Of a stretch of DNA of 64,000 nt, positions 1 to 8,293 are shown one piece after another. Numbering within the stretch: position 1 is the stretch's first letter; each line of letters begins with the position of its first letter. Origin of the DNA: an uncultured delta proteobacterium (GTDB lineage: Bacteria; Myxococcota_A; Polyangia; Haliangiales; Haliangiaceae); the NCBI GenBank assembly GCA_963848295.1, contig CAWKDB010000010.1, positions 576,001-640,000 on the forward strand. The letters are read 5' to 3'. The position numbers and the translations under genes were made by a program. Below the pieces are notes generated by a model. It searched no databases, had not been told where the DNA came from, and saw nothing but the letters and a program-made list of their open reading frames with translations.

Positions 1-104
1 GCTGGCGCCATTTCGAGCTCGGCGGGATCGTCGTGATTCCCTACCTCATCCCACTCGTGGCGTTCGTCGGCCTGCTGATGTACGCGATGAAACGCGGCAT
101 GTGA
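1..104 (+). CDS. 3' end of a membrane protein entering from the left edge (partial)
   Basis: Frame from nt 3 reads WRHFELGGIVVIPYLIPLVAFVGLLMYAMKRGM*, with a hydrophobic helix, GC3-rich codons and stop TGA at 102-104. Confidence 0.6.
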   Translation, partial: WRHFELGGIVVIPYLIPLVAFVGLLMYAMKRGM

Positions 105-118
105 CCTACAATGAAGCG

Positions 119-1555
119 ATGCGGGGCGCTGGCTTGGCATTGCTGCTGATCGCGATCGGATGCGGCCACAAAGCGGGCTCGGGCGCGAACGACGGACCGA
201 GCGGCGACGGCGCGAACGGCGACGGCACCGGCCCGAACGACGGCGCCTTCGACACCGCGATCGACGTGCCGAACGTCAAGGGCGCGGTCCATGTCCAGGT
301 CACGAACGCCGCTGCAGGTAGCTGCATGCCCGGCATGCACGTCGTCTACATCGACGTCGACGGCACGCAGACCGACGTCATCGCCGACGCGAGCGGCAAC
401 GCGACCGGCGACGTGTTTCCCGGCGGCAGCGTCACCGCGGTCTGCGCGCGCACGACCGGCTCGTACTCGATGGCGACGGTGCAAGACGTCGAGCCCGGCG
501 ACAACATCGTGCTCAACGCGGCCGCGTTCTTCACGTCGGAGGGCAGCCAGCCGTTCGACTCGACGCCGGCCGGCTCGTTCACCGTGTCGTGGTCCGCGAA
601 AGCGGGCGCCGCCGGCTACACCGTCTACGGCCCGTGCGGCGGGATGACCGTCGCGGGCACGACCGCGACGCTCGCGATGCAAGACGGCTGCGTCACCGCG
701 ATGATGGACATCGTCGTGATCGCGCTCGCGTCCGGCAACGTGCCGACCGCATTCAGCGAACAGACCGCGGTGCCGTTCACGTCGGGCGGCAACGTCACGG
801 TCGCCGATGGTTGGCACGCGACCGCCGCGGTGTCCGGCTCGTACAGCGGCGCGCCCGCGTTTTGCGCCGACACCAACGATCCCAACTATCCGTGCAATGT
901 CGAGCTCGATCGGTTCGTGCCCGATCTGCGCGGCGAGCGTTGCGACGGCGCGAACACGTGCCTCGCCAAAGACATCGCGACGACCGCGAGCATCGCCGAG
1001 ACCAGCGCGCTCGCCTCGACCGCGATCGTCCAGTCGATCCTGACGACGAACGGCACGAGCGTCGACTCGATCCCGCACGCCCAGATCACGACCGCGGTCG
1101 TCGACGGTACGCAGCCGGCGTACACGCTCGACTACGGCGCCGCGGCGCTGCCGTGGCTGTGTCTCGAAGCCGGCGCGAACTGCCCGGGCTGGGACAAGGC
1201 GAATCCCACCGGGATCACGGTCCCGGTCACCGGCACCGAGCCGGTCGATCTCTTCGAGGTCGATGCGACCTACGTCCGCGGCAACTCGACGATCTTCATC
1301 TGGCACATCTTCGGCCCGACGCCCGGCGACTTCACGTTCCCGACGACGTTCCCCGATTCGGTCAGCGTCGTGCTGCCGATCGCGCAGGACACGAAGTCGG
1401 CGACCCACGCGTACGCCTGCGAGAGCAACGCGATCGGCGGCTGGCGCCCGGCGCGGCAAGATCCGTTCGAGACGCTCGACACGTGCAAATCGTCACCAAG
1501 TCCGATGGCGAATCGCGTGCCCGGCACGATCAATCGGCTGAGCAGCGTCAATTAA
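119..1555 (+). CDS. Uncharacterised lipoprotein (paralog A)
   Basis: Signal peptide and lipobox MRGAGLALLLIAIG-C, Gly/Asp linker, Thr/Cys-rich beta-type body; ATG 119 lies 6 nt after TACAAT. Confidence 0.8.
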   Translation: MRGAGLALLLIAIGCGHKAGSGANDGPSGDGANGDGTGPNDGAFDTAIDVPNVKGAVHVQVTNAAAGSCMPGMHVVYIDVDGTQTDVIADASGNATGDVFPGGSVTAVCARTTGSYSMATVQDVEPGDNIVLNAAAFFTSEGSQPFDSTPAGSFTVSWSAKAGAAGYTVYGPCGGMTVAGTTATLAMQDGCVTAMMDIVVIALASGNVPTAFSEQTAVPFTSGGNVTVADGWHATAAVSGSYSGAPAFCADTNDPNYPCNVELDRFVPDLRGERCDGANTCLAKDIATTASIAETSALASTAIVQSILTTNGTSVDSIPHAQITTAVVDGTQPAYTLDYGAAALPWLCLEAGANCPGWDKANPTGITVPVTGTEPVDLFEVDATYVRGNSTIFIWHIFGPTPGDFTFPTTFPDSVSVVLPIAQDTKSATHAYACESNAIGGWRPARQDPFETLDTCKSSPSPMANRVPGTINRLSSVN

Positions 1556-1570
1556 CGTTACCATCGAGCG

Positions 1571-2833
1571 ATGACGCGGCTCGGTCTGGCACCGTTGGCG
1601 TTCGTGGTGGCGTGCGGCGGAACCCACACCTCCAACCCGGATGGCCCCGGCATCGACGCGCCGCCCGATGCGGCGGAGCGCGGCATCGTCACGATCCACG
1701 TCCGCGATGGCACCGGCACGCTGCCGCTCGCGCCGTCGCCGGTCGTGTTCGTCGACACCGACGGCACGATGACCACGGTGATGACCGATGCCGGCGGCAC
1801 GGTGACCGGCAACGTGTTCGCCGGCGCGAACGCGACCGCGATCTACACCGAGTCCGACACCGAGTTCCAGCTCCAGACCGTGTTCGGCATCGCTCCCGGC
1901 GACGACATCACGCTCGGCACGTCGTCGCTCGACCAGACGCCGGCCGGGACGTTCACGATCAACTTCACCGCCGACACCGGTGCGACGAGCTACTCGGTCG
2001 TCTACCCGTGTGGCTCGATCACGACGATGTCGACCGCCCCGGTCGTGAATCTATCGAACTACTGCGCGCACCCGGCGATGGACCTCGTCGTCGTTTCGCT
2101 CGCCGCGAACGGTCAGCCGATGCACTTCGTCGAGCAGTCCGGGGTCGCGTTCTCCGACGGCGGAGCGACGACGATGCCCGCGACATGGCAACCGCTCGTC
2201 GCGTTCTCGGCGACGTACAGCGACATCGGCGCCGACGTCTCCGACGTCCGGCTCAACCGCTCGGTGCCCGACAAGAACGGCTATTTCTTGTCCGGCACCG
2301 GCCCGCCTTCGGGCTCGCCGCGCACGCTCCAGCTCGACGGTCCGACCGCGGTGACCTCCGTGCTGCAGACACAGCTCGTCGCGAGCACCGGCGCATATCA
2401 GGTCGTCACCGCCGGCGTCGACGGCACCGCGACCACCTACGCGCTCGATGTCGGCGCGAGCGAGCTCGGCTGGCTCGGCACGCCGACGCTGGACATCGCC
2501 ACCGAGAAGGTCACCGTGCCGGTGACGGGGAGTCCGGCGGGCGACGGCTTCGAGCTGATCCTCGACTACGACAACCTCGCCGGCACGCTGTACTCGTGGA
2601 ACCTCTACGCACCGACCGCCGGCGATATCCAGCTGCCCGCGATCCCGCTCGCGCTCGGCGACTACTTGCCGAAGACCGGCTACAACGTCTCGGCGCTCGT
2701 CGGTCGCTTGCTCGAGACCACCGCGCTCGACGGCAACAAGGCGTTCCGCGCGGACCCGAGCGACGCGTTCCCGCAGCTGACGGCGTCACCCGCGGTCGGC
2801 ACCGTGCTCCGGCTCAGCACGGCGTCGAATTAG
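1571..2833 (+). CDS. Uncharacterised lipoprotein (paralog B of 119..1555)
   Basis: Lipobox FVVA-C; colinear motifs shared with the upstream gene (PGDDITL, PAGTFT..YPCG, MDLVVV, VDGT..Y.LD.G, VPVTG). Confidence 0.8.
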   Translation: MTRLGLAPLAFVVACGGTHTSNPDGPGIDAPPDAAERGIVTIHVRDGTGTLPLAPSPVVFVDTDGTMTTVMTDAGGTVTGNVFAGANATAIYTESDTEFQLQTVFGIAPGDDITLGTSSLDQTPAGTFTINFTADTGATSYSVVYPCGSITTMSTAPVVNLSNYCAHPAMDLVVVSLAANGQPMHFVEQSGVAFSDGGATTMPATWQPLVAFSATYSDIGADVSDVRLNRSVPDKNGYFLSGTGPPSGSPRTLQLDGPTAVTSVLQTQLVASTGAYQVVTAGVDGTATTYALDVGASELGWLGTPTLDIATEKVTVPVTGSPAGDGFELILDYDNLAGTLYSWNLYAPTAGDIQLPAIPLALGDYLPKTGYNVSALVGRLLETTALDGNKAFRADPSDAFPQLTASPAVGTVLRLSTASN

Positions 2834-4323
2834 GGCGTCAGCAGCGCCGACACGACGACCGATGCCGAGTGGGCCTCGTCGGGCGCGACCGGTGTCCCCG
2901 GAAACGGCGCATCGCTCGCGGCGATCGCGATCGCGTAGTGGCGACCGTGCTCGAATAGACCCGGCGGCAGGGTCACGGTCTCGACATGGGTGAAGATCGT
3001 GGCGATCGAGGTAGCGGCGTCGCTCGTGATGTCGAAGATCTGGACCGCGTAGGTCGTCGGCGTGCCGAGGTTGGGCGGGACCCAGGCGATCGTCGGCACG
3101 GTGCCGACGTAGTCCTGGGGCTGGAATACGTCGAGCCCGGCCGCGATGTTCGTCCCGGCCGATGCGATGACCGGTGTTCGCACCACACCGATGCCGGGTG
3201 CGATCATCGCGGGGAGCTTGTCGACCGGGCCGATCGTGGCGAGCGCGGGGAACGGCACGAGTTGTCCGTCGGGACCGAGTGGAATGCAGACCTCGAGCTG
3301 GATCGCGTAGTAGGGCGTCCAGGTCTCGCCCATGACGGTCGGCAGCGGGTACGGAATCCCGGTGAGATCGGCCGCGAACGCGTCGACCGGGAGCGTCAGG
3401 AGCAAGTAATCGGCGCCGCCGCCTGTCAGCCCGAGCGAGCCGTCGCCCGGTTGACCACCGATCGAGATCGCGAGATCGGTGGGCTCCCCAGAGAAGCCGC
3501 AGCTCACCGCGGCCGGATTCACCAAGGTGTAGTGCGGATTCGAGTAGCCAGTCTCGGTCGCGAAGCCCATCTCGTCCACCGGCTGAGTGAGCGTCTGCAC
3601 GTTAGCGGTTTCGTCGACGAACATCGCCTGCGCGTCGCCGACGGGAGTGATCATGCCAGCGGTCTGGGTCACCGGGCCGGTCGAGTACAGCCGAGCGAGG
3701 CTGTAGTAGGACACGCTCTCGCCGGTCCCGGACTGGAGCTGTTCGACCGCGAAGTCGTCGCCGTCGAGCAGCGGACTCGAGCCGACACCAACGTCGTTGA
3801 TGAAGACCAGCCCCGTGAGCTCGGTCGCGCCGGACTCAATCTCGCCGGGGTGGGTCGCAAACTGCCACGCGTTGGCGTCGCCCGAGTAGGCTTCGAGCTC
3901 GTCGGGGGCTCCGAATTCGCCGTCCGACCACGGCGCGAGGTTCCCCGCGGTGACCGCGAGCCCGGCGCTGGACATGTCGGGGATCGCGTTCGGATGGCCG
4001 AACGCCGGCGTGTGAAGAGTGAACGTGTCGACGTCGGTGACGTAGTACGCGCTGCCGACCTGCAGCACGTAGTCGCCAATCGGCACGTCGCGGATCTCGA
4101 ACGTGCCGTCGCTCGCTCCGTGCGCGGCGTAGACCTGGTAGTCGACGCCGGAGTCGCCGGCGACGAGCGCCGCGACCATCGTCGTCGTGAAATCGACCGG
4201 GACGTCGGTCGAACCGTGCGGCGTCTGATACGTCGTCGAGATCGTGCCGTAGATCGTGCGCGTGCTCGAGTCACAACCGGCGAGGAGGCCGGCCGCGAGC
4301 AAGAGCGCCGCGCGCAGGGTCAC
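2830..4323 (-). CDS. Uncharacterised lipoprotein with carboxypeptidase-regulatory-like/Fn3-like beta domains
   Basis: Real gene is the C-terminal part of ORF 2830..7023; GTG 4323 overlaps the upstream stop (GTGA); [17 protein letters not shown] lipobox; [19 protein letters not shown] motif. Confidence 0.75.
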   Translation of the reverse strand: MTLRAALLLAAGLLAGCDSSTRTIYGTISTTYQTPHGSTDVPVDFTTTMVAALVAGDSGVDYQVYAAHGASDGTFEIRDVPIGDYVLQVGSAYYVTDVDTFTLHTPAFGHPNAIPDMSSAGLAVTAGNLAPWSDGEFGAPDELEAYSGDANAWQFATHPGEIESGATELTGLVFINDVGVGSSPLLDGDDFAVEQLQSGTGESVSYYSLARLYSTGPVTQTAGMITPVGDAQAMFVDETANVQTLTQPVDEMGFATETGYSNPHYTLVNPAAVSCGFSGEPTDLAISIGGQPGDGSLGLTGGGADYLLLTLPVDAFAADLTGIPYPLPTVMGETWTPYYAIQLEVCIPLGPDGQLVPFPALATIGPVDKLPAMIAPGIGVVRTPVIASAGTNIAAGLDVFQPQDYVGTVPTIAWVPPNLGTPTTYAVQIFDITSDAATSIATIFTHVETVTLPPGLFEHGRHYAIAIAASDAPFPGTPVAPDEAHSASVVVSALLTP

Positions 4324-6356
4324 GGAGCGACTCCGGTGACGAGCGGGACGAGCGATCGCGCGTCGCTGACCGGCGGCGAGCACGTCGGGCCGGTGCACAC
4401 GAACGCGCGCGCGCGGCCGTCTCGCGCCGGCGTCTTGCCATCGGTGATCGACGCTTGCGCCCACGAGCCGGCGAGGCTCAGCGTCGGGCTGTACGCGCGG
4501 CGCGCGGCGGTGATCAGCTCGTCGCGCCCGCTGCCTTCGCTGACGACCAGCACCTTGTCGTGCAAGTAGAGATCGAGCGCCGCGAGCAAGCCGGACTGCG
4601 CCCACGCGTTCGCCTGGGTCGTGCCGGTCAGCCGCTGCGCGAGGTACTTTTCGGCGAGCGCGAGCGCGTCGCCATCGCCGGCGACGAGCCCGAGCCGCAA
4701 CAGGCCCTGGACCGCGACCGAGGCGCCGCTCGGGATCGCGCCGTCGTGGTGTGACTCGGGGCGATGCACCAGCAGCGGCTCGTCGGCGGGCGCGAGATAG
4801 AACACGACCACGCCATCCGCGTCGGCGACAAACCGCGCGCGGACCTGCGCGAGCAACGCGGTGCCGAGCTGCCACCACGCGGCGTCGCCGGTCGCTTCGG
4901 CGAGGTCGAGGAACGCCGAGGCGCAGAACGCGTAGTCGTCGAGCGTGCCGTCGAGCCGGACCACGCCTTCGTGAAATACGCGCGCGATGCGGTCGCCGGT
5001 GATCAGCGTCGTCTTGACGAACGTCGCGACCCGCATTGCGAGCTCGAGCGCGGCCTCGCTCCCGGTCGCGCGCCACGCGGCGACGAGCCCCGAGATCGCC
5101 AGGCCGTTCCAGCCGGCGAGCACCTTGTCGTCGGTGCCGGGCCGGATCCGCTTGGCGCGCGCGGCGAATAGCGTCGCGCGCAGCTCGGCGAGCTGGGCCT
5201 CCTCGTGCGGCGAGGTCCTCGGCGTCACCCGCGACAAGATGCTCGTGCCGTGCTCGAAGTTGCCGCCTTCGGTGACACCGTACGCGTGCCCGAGCACGAC
5301 CGCGCCCGATGCGCCGAGGACGTCGCGCAGCTCGTCGGGGGTCCACACGTAGAACTTGCCCTCTTCGTGCTCGCTGTCGGCGTCGAGCGACGACCACAAC
5401 CCGCCGGCGGGATCCGACAGCTCGCGCGCCAAGAACCCGACCGTCTCGTCGATCACCTCGCGCGCGCGCGCCGCGAACGGCCCGGCCATCGCGACGACCG
5501 CGGCGTAGATCGCGAGCAGCTGCGCCTGGTCGTACAGCATCTTCTCGAAGTGCGGCACCAGCCACTTCGCGTCGACCGAGTAACGCGCGAACCCACCGCC
5601 GAGGTGGTCGTAGATGCCGCCTTCCGCCATGCCGCGGGCCCAGCCGTCGAACGCGGTGCGCGCCGCTTCGCCGAACGCGAGCCGGCCGGCGCGCGCGAGC
5701 AGCTCGTGGCTCGAGCTCGACGGGAACTTCGGCGCGCCGCCGAGGCCGCCGTGCTTCGGATCGCAGCGCTCGGCGAGCTGCTTGCCGGCGGTGATGATCA
5801 GCGACGCGGCGAGCTTGCCGACCTCGCCCCCGCGCGCGCCGCGGCGATAGTGGTCGTCGACGCGAGCGAGCCCGTCGACGAGCGCGAGCGCGTTGTCCTC
5901 GGCGTCGGCGCGGCGCAGCCGATACGCATCGGACATCGCGGTCAGCAACGCGTCGAAGCTCGGCTTGCCGAACCGCGGCGCCTTCGGGAAGTACGTGCCG
6001 AGGAAGTACGGCCGGCCGTCGGGCAAGCAGAACGCGGACAACGGCCAGCCCCCGCCCTCGCCTTGCACCATGATCGCGTTCATGTAGATCGCGTCGACGT
6101 CGGGGCGCTCTTCGCGATCGACCTTGATGTTGATGAACTTCGCGTTCATCGTCTTCGCGGTCGGCACGTCCTCGAAGCTCTCGTGCGCCATCACGTGGCA
6201 CCAATGGCACGCGGCATACCCGATCGAGACGAACACCGGCCGGTTCGTGCGCTTCGCCTCGGCGAACGCCGCCTCGCCCCACGGCCACCAATCGACCGGG
6301 TTCTCCGCGTGCTGGCGAAGATACGGAGAGGTCTCGGTCGCGAGGCGATTTGCCAT
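4320..6356 (-). CDS. Thioredoxin domain-containing protein (YyaL/SPATA20 family, six-hairpin glycosidase-like C-terminus)
   Basis: [72 protein letters not shown]. Confidence 0.93.
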   Translation of the reverse strand: MANRLATETSPYLRQHAENPVDWWPWGEAAFAEAKRTNRPVFVSIGYAACHWCHVMAHESFEDVPTAKTMNAKFINIKVDREERPDVDAIYMNAIMVQGEGGGWPLSAFCLPDGRPYFLGTYFPKAPRFGKPSFDALLTAMSDAYRLRRADAEDNALALVDGLARVDDHYRRGARGGEVGKLAASLIITAGKQLAERCDPKHGGLGGAPKFPSSSSHELLARAGRLAFGEAARTAFDGWARGMAEGGIYDHLGGGFARYSVDAKWLVPHFEKMLYDQAQLLAIYAAVVAMAGPFAARAREVIDETVGFLARELSDPAGGLWSSLDADSEHEEGKFYVWTPDELRDVLGASGAVVLGHAYGVTEGGNFEHGTSILSRVTPRTSPHEEAQLAELRATLFAARAKRIRPGTDDKVLAGWNGLAISGLVAAWRATGSEAALELAMRVATFVKTTLITGDRIARVFHEGVVRLDGTLDDYAFCASAFLDLAEATGDAAWWQLGTALLAQVRARFVADADGVVVFYLAPADEPLLVHRPESHHDGAIPSGASVAVQGLLRLGLVAGDGDALALAEKYLAQRLTGTTQANAWAQSGLLAALDLYLHDKVLVVSEGSGRDELITAARRAYSPTLSLAGSWAQASITDGKTPARDGRARAFVCTGPTCSPPVSDARSLVPLVTGVAP

Positions 6357-6379
6357 GGCCGGCACCATATAATGTCGCG

Positions 6380-6850
6380 ATGTCGGACGTCGCGAAGAAG
6401 CTGCTCGTCAAACCCGGATCTCGCGTGCTCGCGCTCGCGCGACCGAAGGATGTCGCCTTGCCGCTCCACCCCTGCGCGGCGTGCTCGATCGACGAGACCT
6501 GGTCGGCCTTGCGGGTGCGCCACTCGTCGCGGACGACGCCGCGCACGACGAGCGGCCGGCCCGTGCGGACCGCGACCGCGAAGCCCATGAAGCTGCCCGC
6601 CGACTTGATGCGCGCCGTCGCGAAATCGCCGACCGCGAAGGCCACGTGGAGCTCGCTGGCACCGTCGCACGTCAAGGAGTACGTGCGCTGGGTGATCGAA
6701 GCGAAGCAGGCCGAGACCCACGATCGCCGGATCGCCAAGACGGTCGAGATGCTCGCTGCCGGCCAGCGCGACCGCAACGCGAAGTATCGACCGACGGGAC
6801 CTGCGCCCGGCGGGCAGCGCCGCCGAATGGCGGTGCGGATCGATCGATGA
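6380..6850 (+). CDS. YdeI/OmpD-associated family protein with a shortened DUF3052-like N-terminal part
   Basis: C-terminal [35 protein letters not shown] motif; N-terminal KKLLVKPG and IDETWSALR motifs unusually close together. Confidence 0.7.
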   Translation: MSDVAKKLLVKPGSRVLALARPKDVALPLHPCAACSIDETWSALRVRHSSRTTPRTTSGRPVRTATAKPMKLPADLMRAVAKSPTAKATWSSLAPSHVKEYVRWVIEAKQAETHDRRIAKTVEMLAAGQRDRNAKYRPTGPAPGGQRRRMAVRIDR

Positions 6851-7527
6851 GGATCTCCGTCGTGTTGCTGCTCGGGCTCGTCGCCTGTGGCCCCGAGGTC
6901 GTCGTCGCCCCGGCGAACCACGAGATCCGGATCGCGCCGGTCGTCACCGATCGCGACGGCGACGGCATCCCCGACGATCGCGATCGCTGTCCGAAGGCGC
7001 CCGAGGACTTCGACGCCTACCAAGATGAAGATGGCTGCCCCGACCCCGACGACGACGGCGACGGCGTGCCCGATGACAAGGACTCGTGCCCGTACACGCC
7101 AGGCCCGGCGCCGAGCGGCTGCCCGGCCGGCTGCGTGCTCGTGTCAACCGTCGACGACTGCTGGGCCGACAACACGATCTTCCTCGACGCCGGCGACATG
7201 CCGCAAGCCGAGCGGATCGACGACGTGCTCGAGACGCTGCGCCGCTACCCCGAGATTCGCGCCATCACGATCGAAGGCGAGCGCGAAGCCAGCGAGCCCG
7301 CCGCGGTCGCGCTCGAGCGCGCCCGGATCGTCCACCGCGCGCTGATCGGCGCGCGCTCCAGCGTCGCGATCGACGAGGTCGACGGCGGGATCCGCCAGCC
7401 ACCCGGCCACGCGGTGCGGGTCCGGATCACGAAGCAGCGCTTCGCCGACGGCCGATTTCGCACGAGCACATGCACGTCGTGGGGCCCGGTCTACAAGGTC
7501 GCCAAGCTGACGTATCACTGCCCCTGA
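6847..7527 (+). CDS. Lipoprotein with thrombospondin type-3 Ca-binding repeats and a degenerate OmpA-like domain
   Basis: LLGLVA-C lipobox; DRDGDGIPDDRDRCP..EDFDAYQDEDGCPDPDDDGDGVPD; LRRYPEIRAITIEG...ERAR; ATG overlaps the previous stop. Confidence 0.75.
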   Translation: MRISVVLLLGLVACGPEVVVAPANHEIRIAPVVTDRDGDGIPDDRDRCPKAPEDFDAYQDEDGCPDPDDDGDGVPDDKDSCPYTPGPAPSGCPAGCVLVSTVDDCWADNTIFLDAGDMPQAERIDDVLETLRRYPEIRAITIEGEREASEPAAVALERARIVHRALIGARSSVAIDEVDGGIRQPPGHAVRVRITKQRFADGRFRTSTCTSWGPVYKVAKLTYHCP

Positions 7528-7533
7528 CCGGCA

Positions 7534-7561
7534 TTGACAGCGCGAGCGGCTCGCGCAGAAT
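7534..7561 (+). promoter_or_regulatory. Sigma-70-type promoter of the TA pair, with a perfect inverted repeat in the spacer
   Basis: TTGACA (7534-39), 16 nt, CAGAAT (7556-61), then GTG 6 nt later; GCGCGAGC-G-GCTCGCGC at 7540-7556. Confidence 0.6.
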
Positions 7562-7567
7562 GAGATC

Positions 7568-7771
7568 GTGAGCAACGATCGGGCTACGGCGCAGCGCTTG
7601 CTGAACGCACTCGATCTCCACGACGCAGGCGTAGCGATCAAGCGCGAGTCGCTTCGCCGCCGCATGCCGAGGGCTTCGCGCGCGACGGTCGACCGGGCAC
7701 TGGCGGACTGGCTCGCCGAGGAGTCGGCCCCACCGCGGGGGTTCGCCGTGCGACGGCCGAGGCGCGGTTGA
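7568..7771 (+). CDS. MenA1 (Rv0078B)-like antitoxin
   Basis: 67 aa; AQRLLNALDLHDAG...LRRRMPRAS...VDRALADW resembles M. tuberculosis MenA1 (from recall); stop overlaps the start of the toxin-like ORF. Confidence 0.7.
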   Translation: MSNDRATAQRLLNALDLHDAGVAIKRESLRRRMPRASRATVDRALADWLAEESAPPRGFAVRRPRRG

Positions 7772-8106
7772 GCCAATTGCGCCTGCGCCGCTCGCCACGC
7801 GATCCGCTGGTCGACCTGCTGTTCGCGTCCACCGGGATCGAGGCCGAGGTCGTCGCCGCGGCGGAGCCGATCGCCGTGCTCGGTCAACGCGTACCCGTCG
7901 CTCGGGTTGGCCACCTGATCGCCCTAAAACTGCTCGCGCGTGATGACAAGACGCGCCCGCAGGATGCGATCGATTTGCGGGCGCTTGCCGCGGTAGCCAA
8001 GTCGATCGAGTGGAAACGGGCCGCACGTGCAGTTGCGATGATCGAACGCCGCGGGTTCGCGCAAGGACGCGATCTGGGTCGTGCGCTAGCCCGGCTGCGC
8101 GGTTAG
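7768..8106 (+). pseudogene. MenT1 (Rv0078A)-like nucleotidyltransferase toxin, N-terminal catalytic half missing
   Basis: VDLLFASTGIEAEVV, HLIALKLLARDD..RPQD..DLRAL and RGF..GRDL match the MenT1 C-terminal half; no GG..A / RxTxDxD motif; only 112 aa. Confidence 0.7.
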
Positions 8107-8256
8107 CTCGGTGGCGGCGCGACCGCTGCTTGAACGAGAACGCGCTCCGCGATGGGCCGCGGGTGGCCTCGGCGACGTGAAATCCGGAGCCCGACACGCG
8201 GTTACTGTACACAACGAACGGACGATTTTTCGGCGGCGTTTCCGTCGGAGATCGCG

Positions 8257-8285
8257 TTGAGAATCGGTCGGTTGCGGGCTATACA
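8257..8285 (+). promoter_or_regulatory. Sigma-70 promoter of gyrA (probably leaderless)
   Basis: TTGAGA, 17 nt, TATACA, then ATG 8 nt downstream; no SD. Confidence 0.55.
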
Positions 8286-8293
8286 GACGGCCG

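Noticed and set aside
2830..7023. 1397-aa ORF on the minus strand
   Set aside because: Only the last 497 aa (from GTG 4323) are protein-like; the rest is an off-frame shadow of the YyaL gene and antisense to the plus-strand genes
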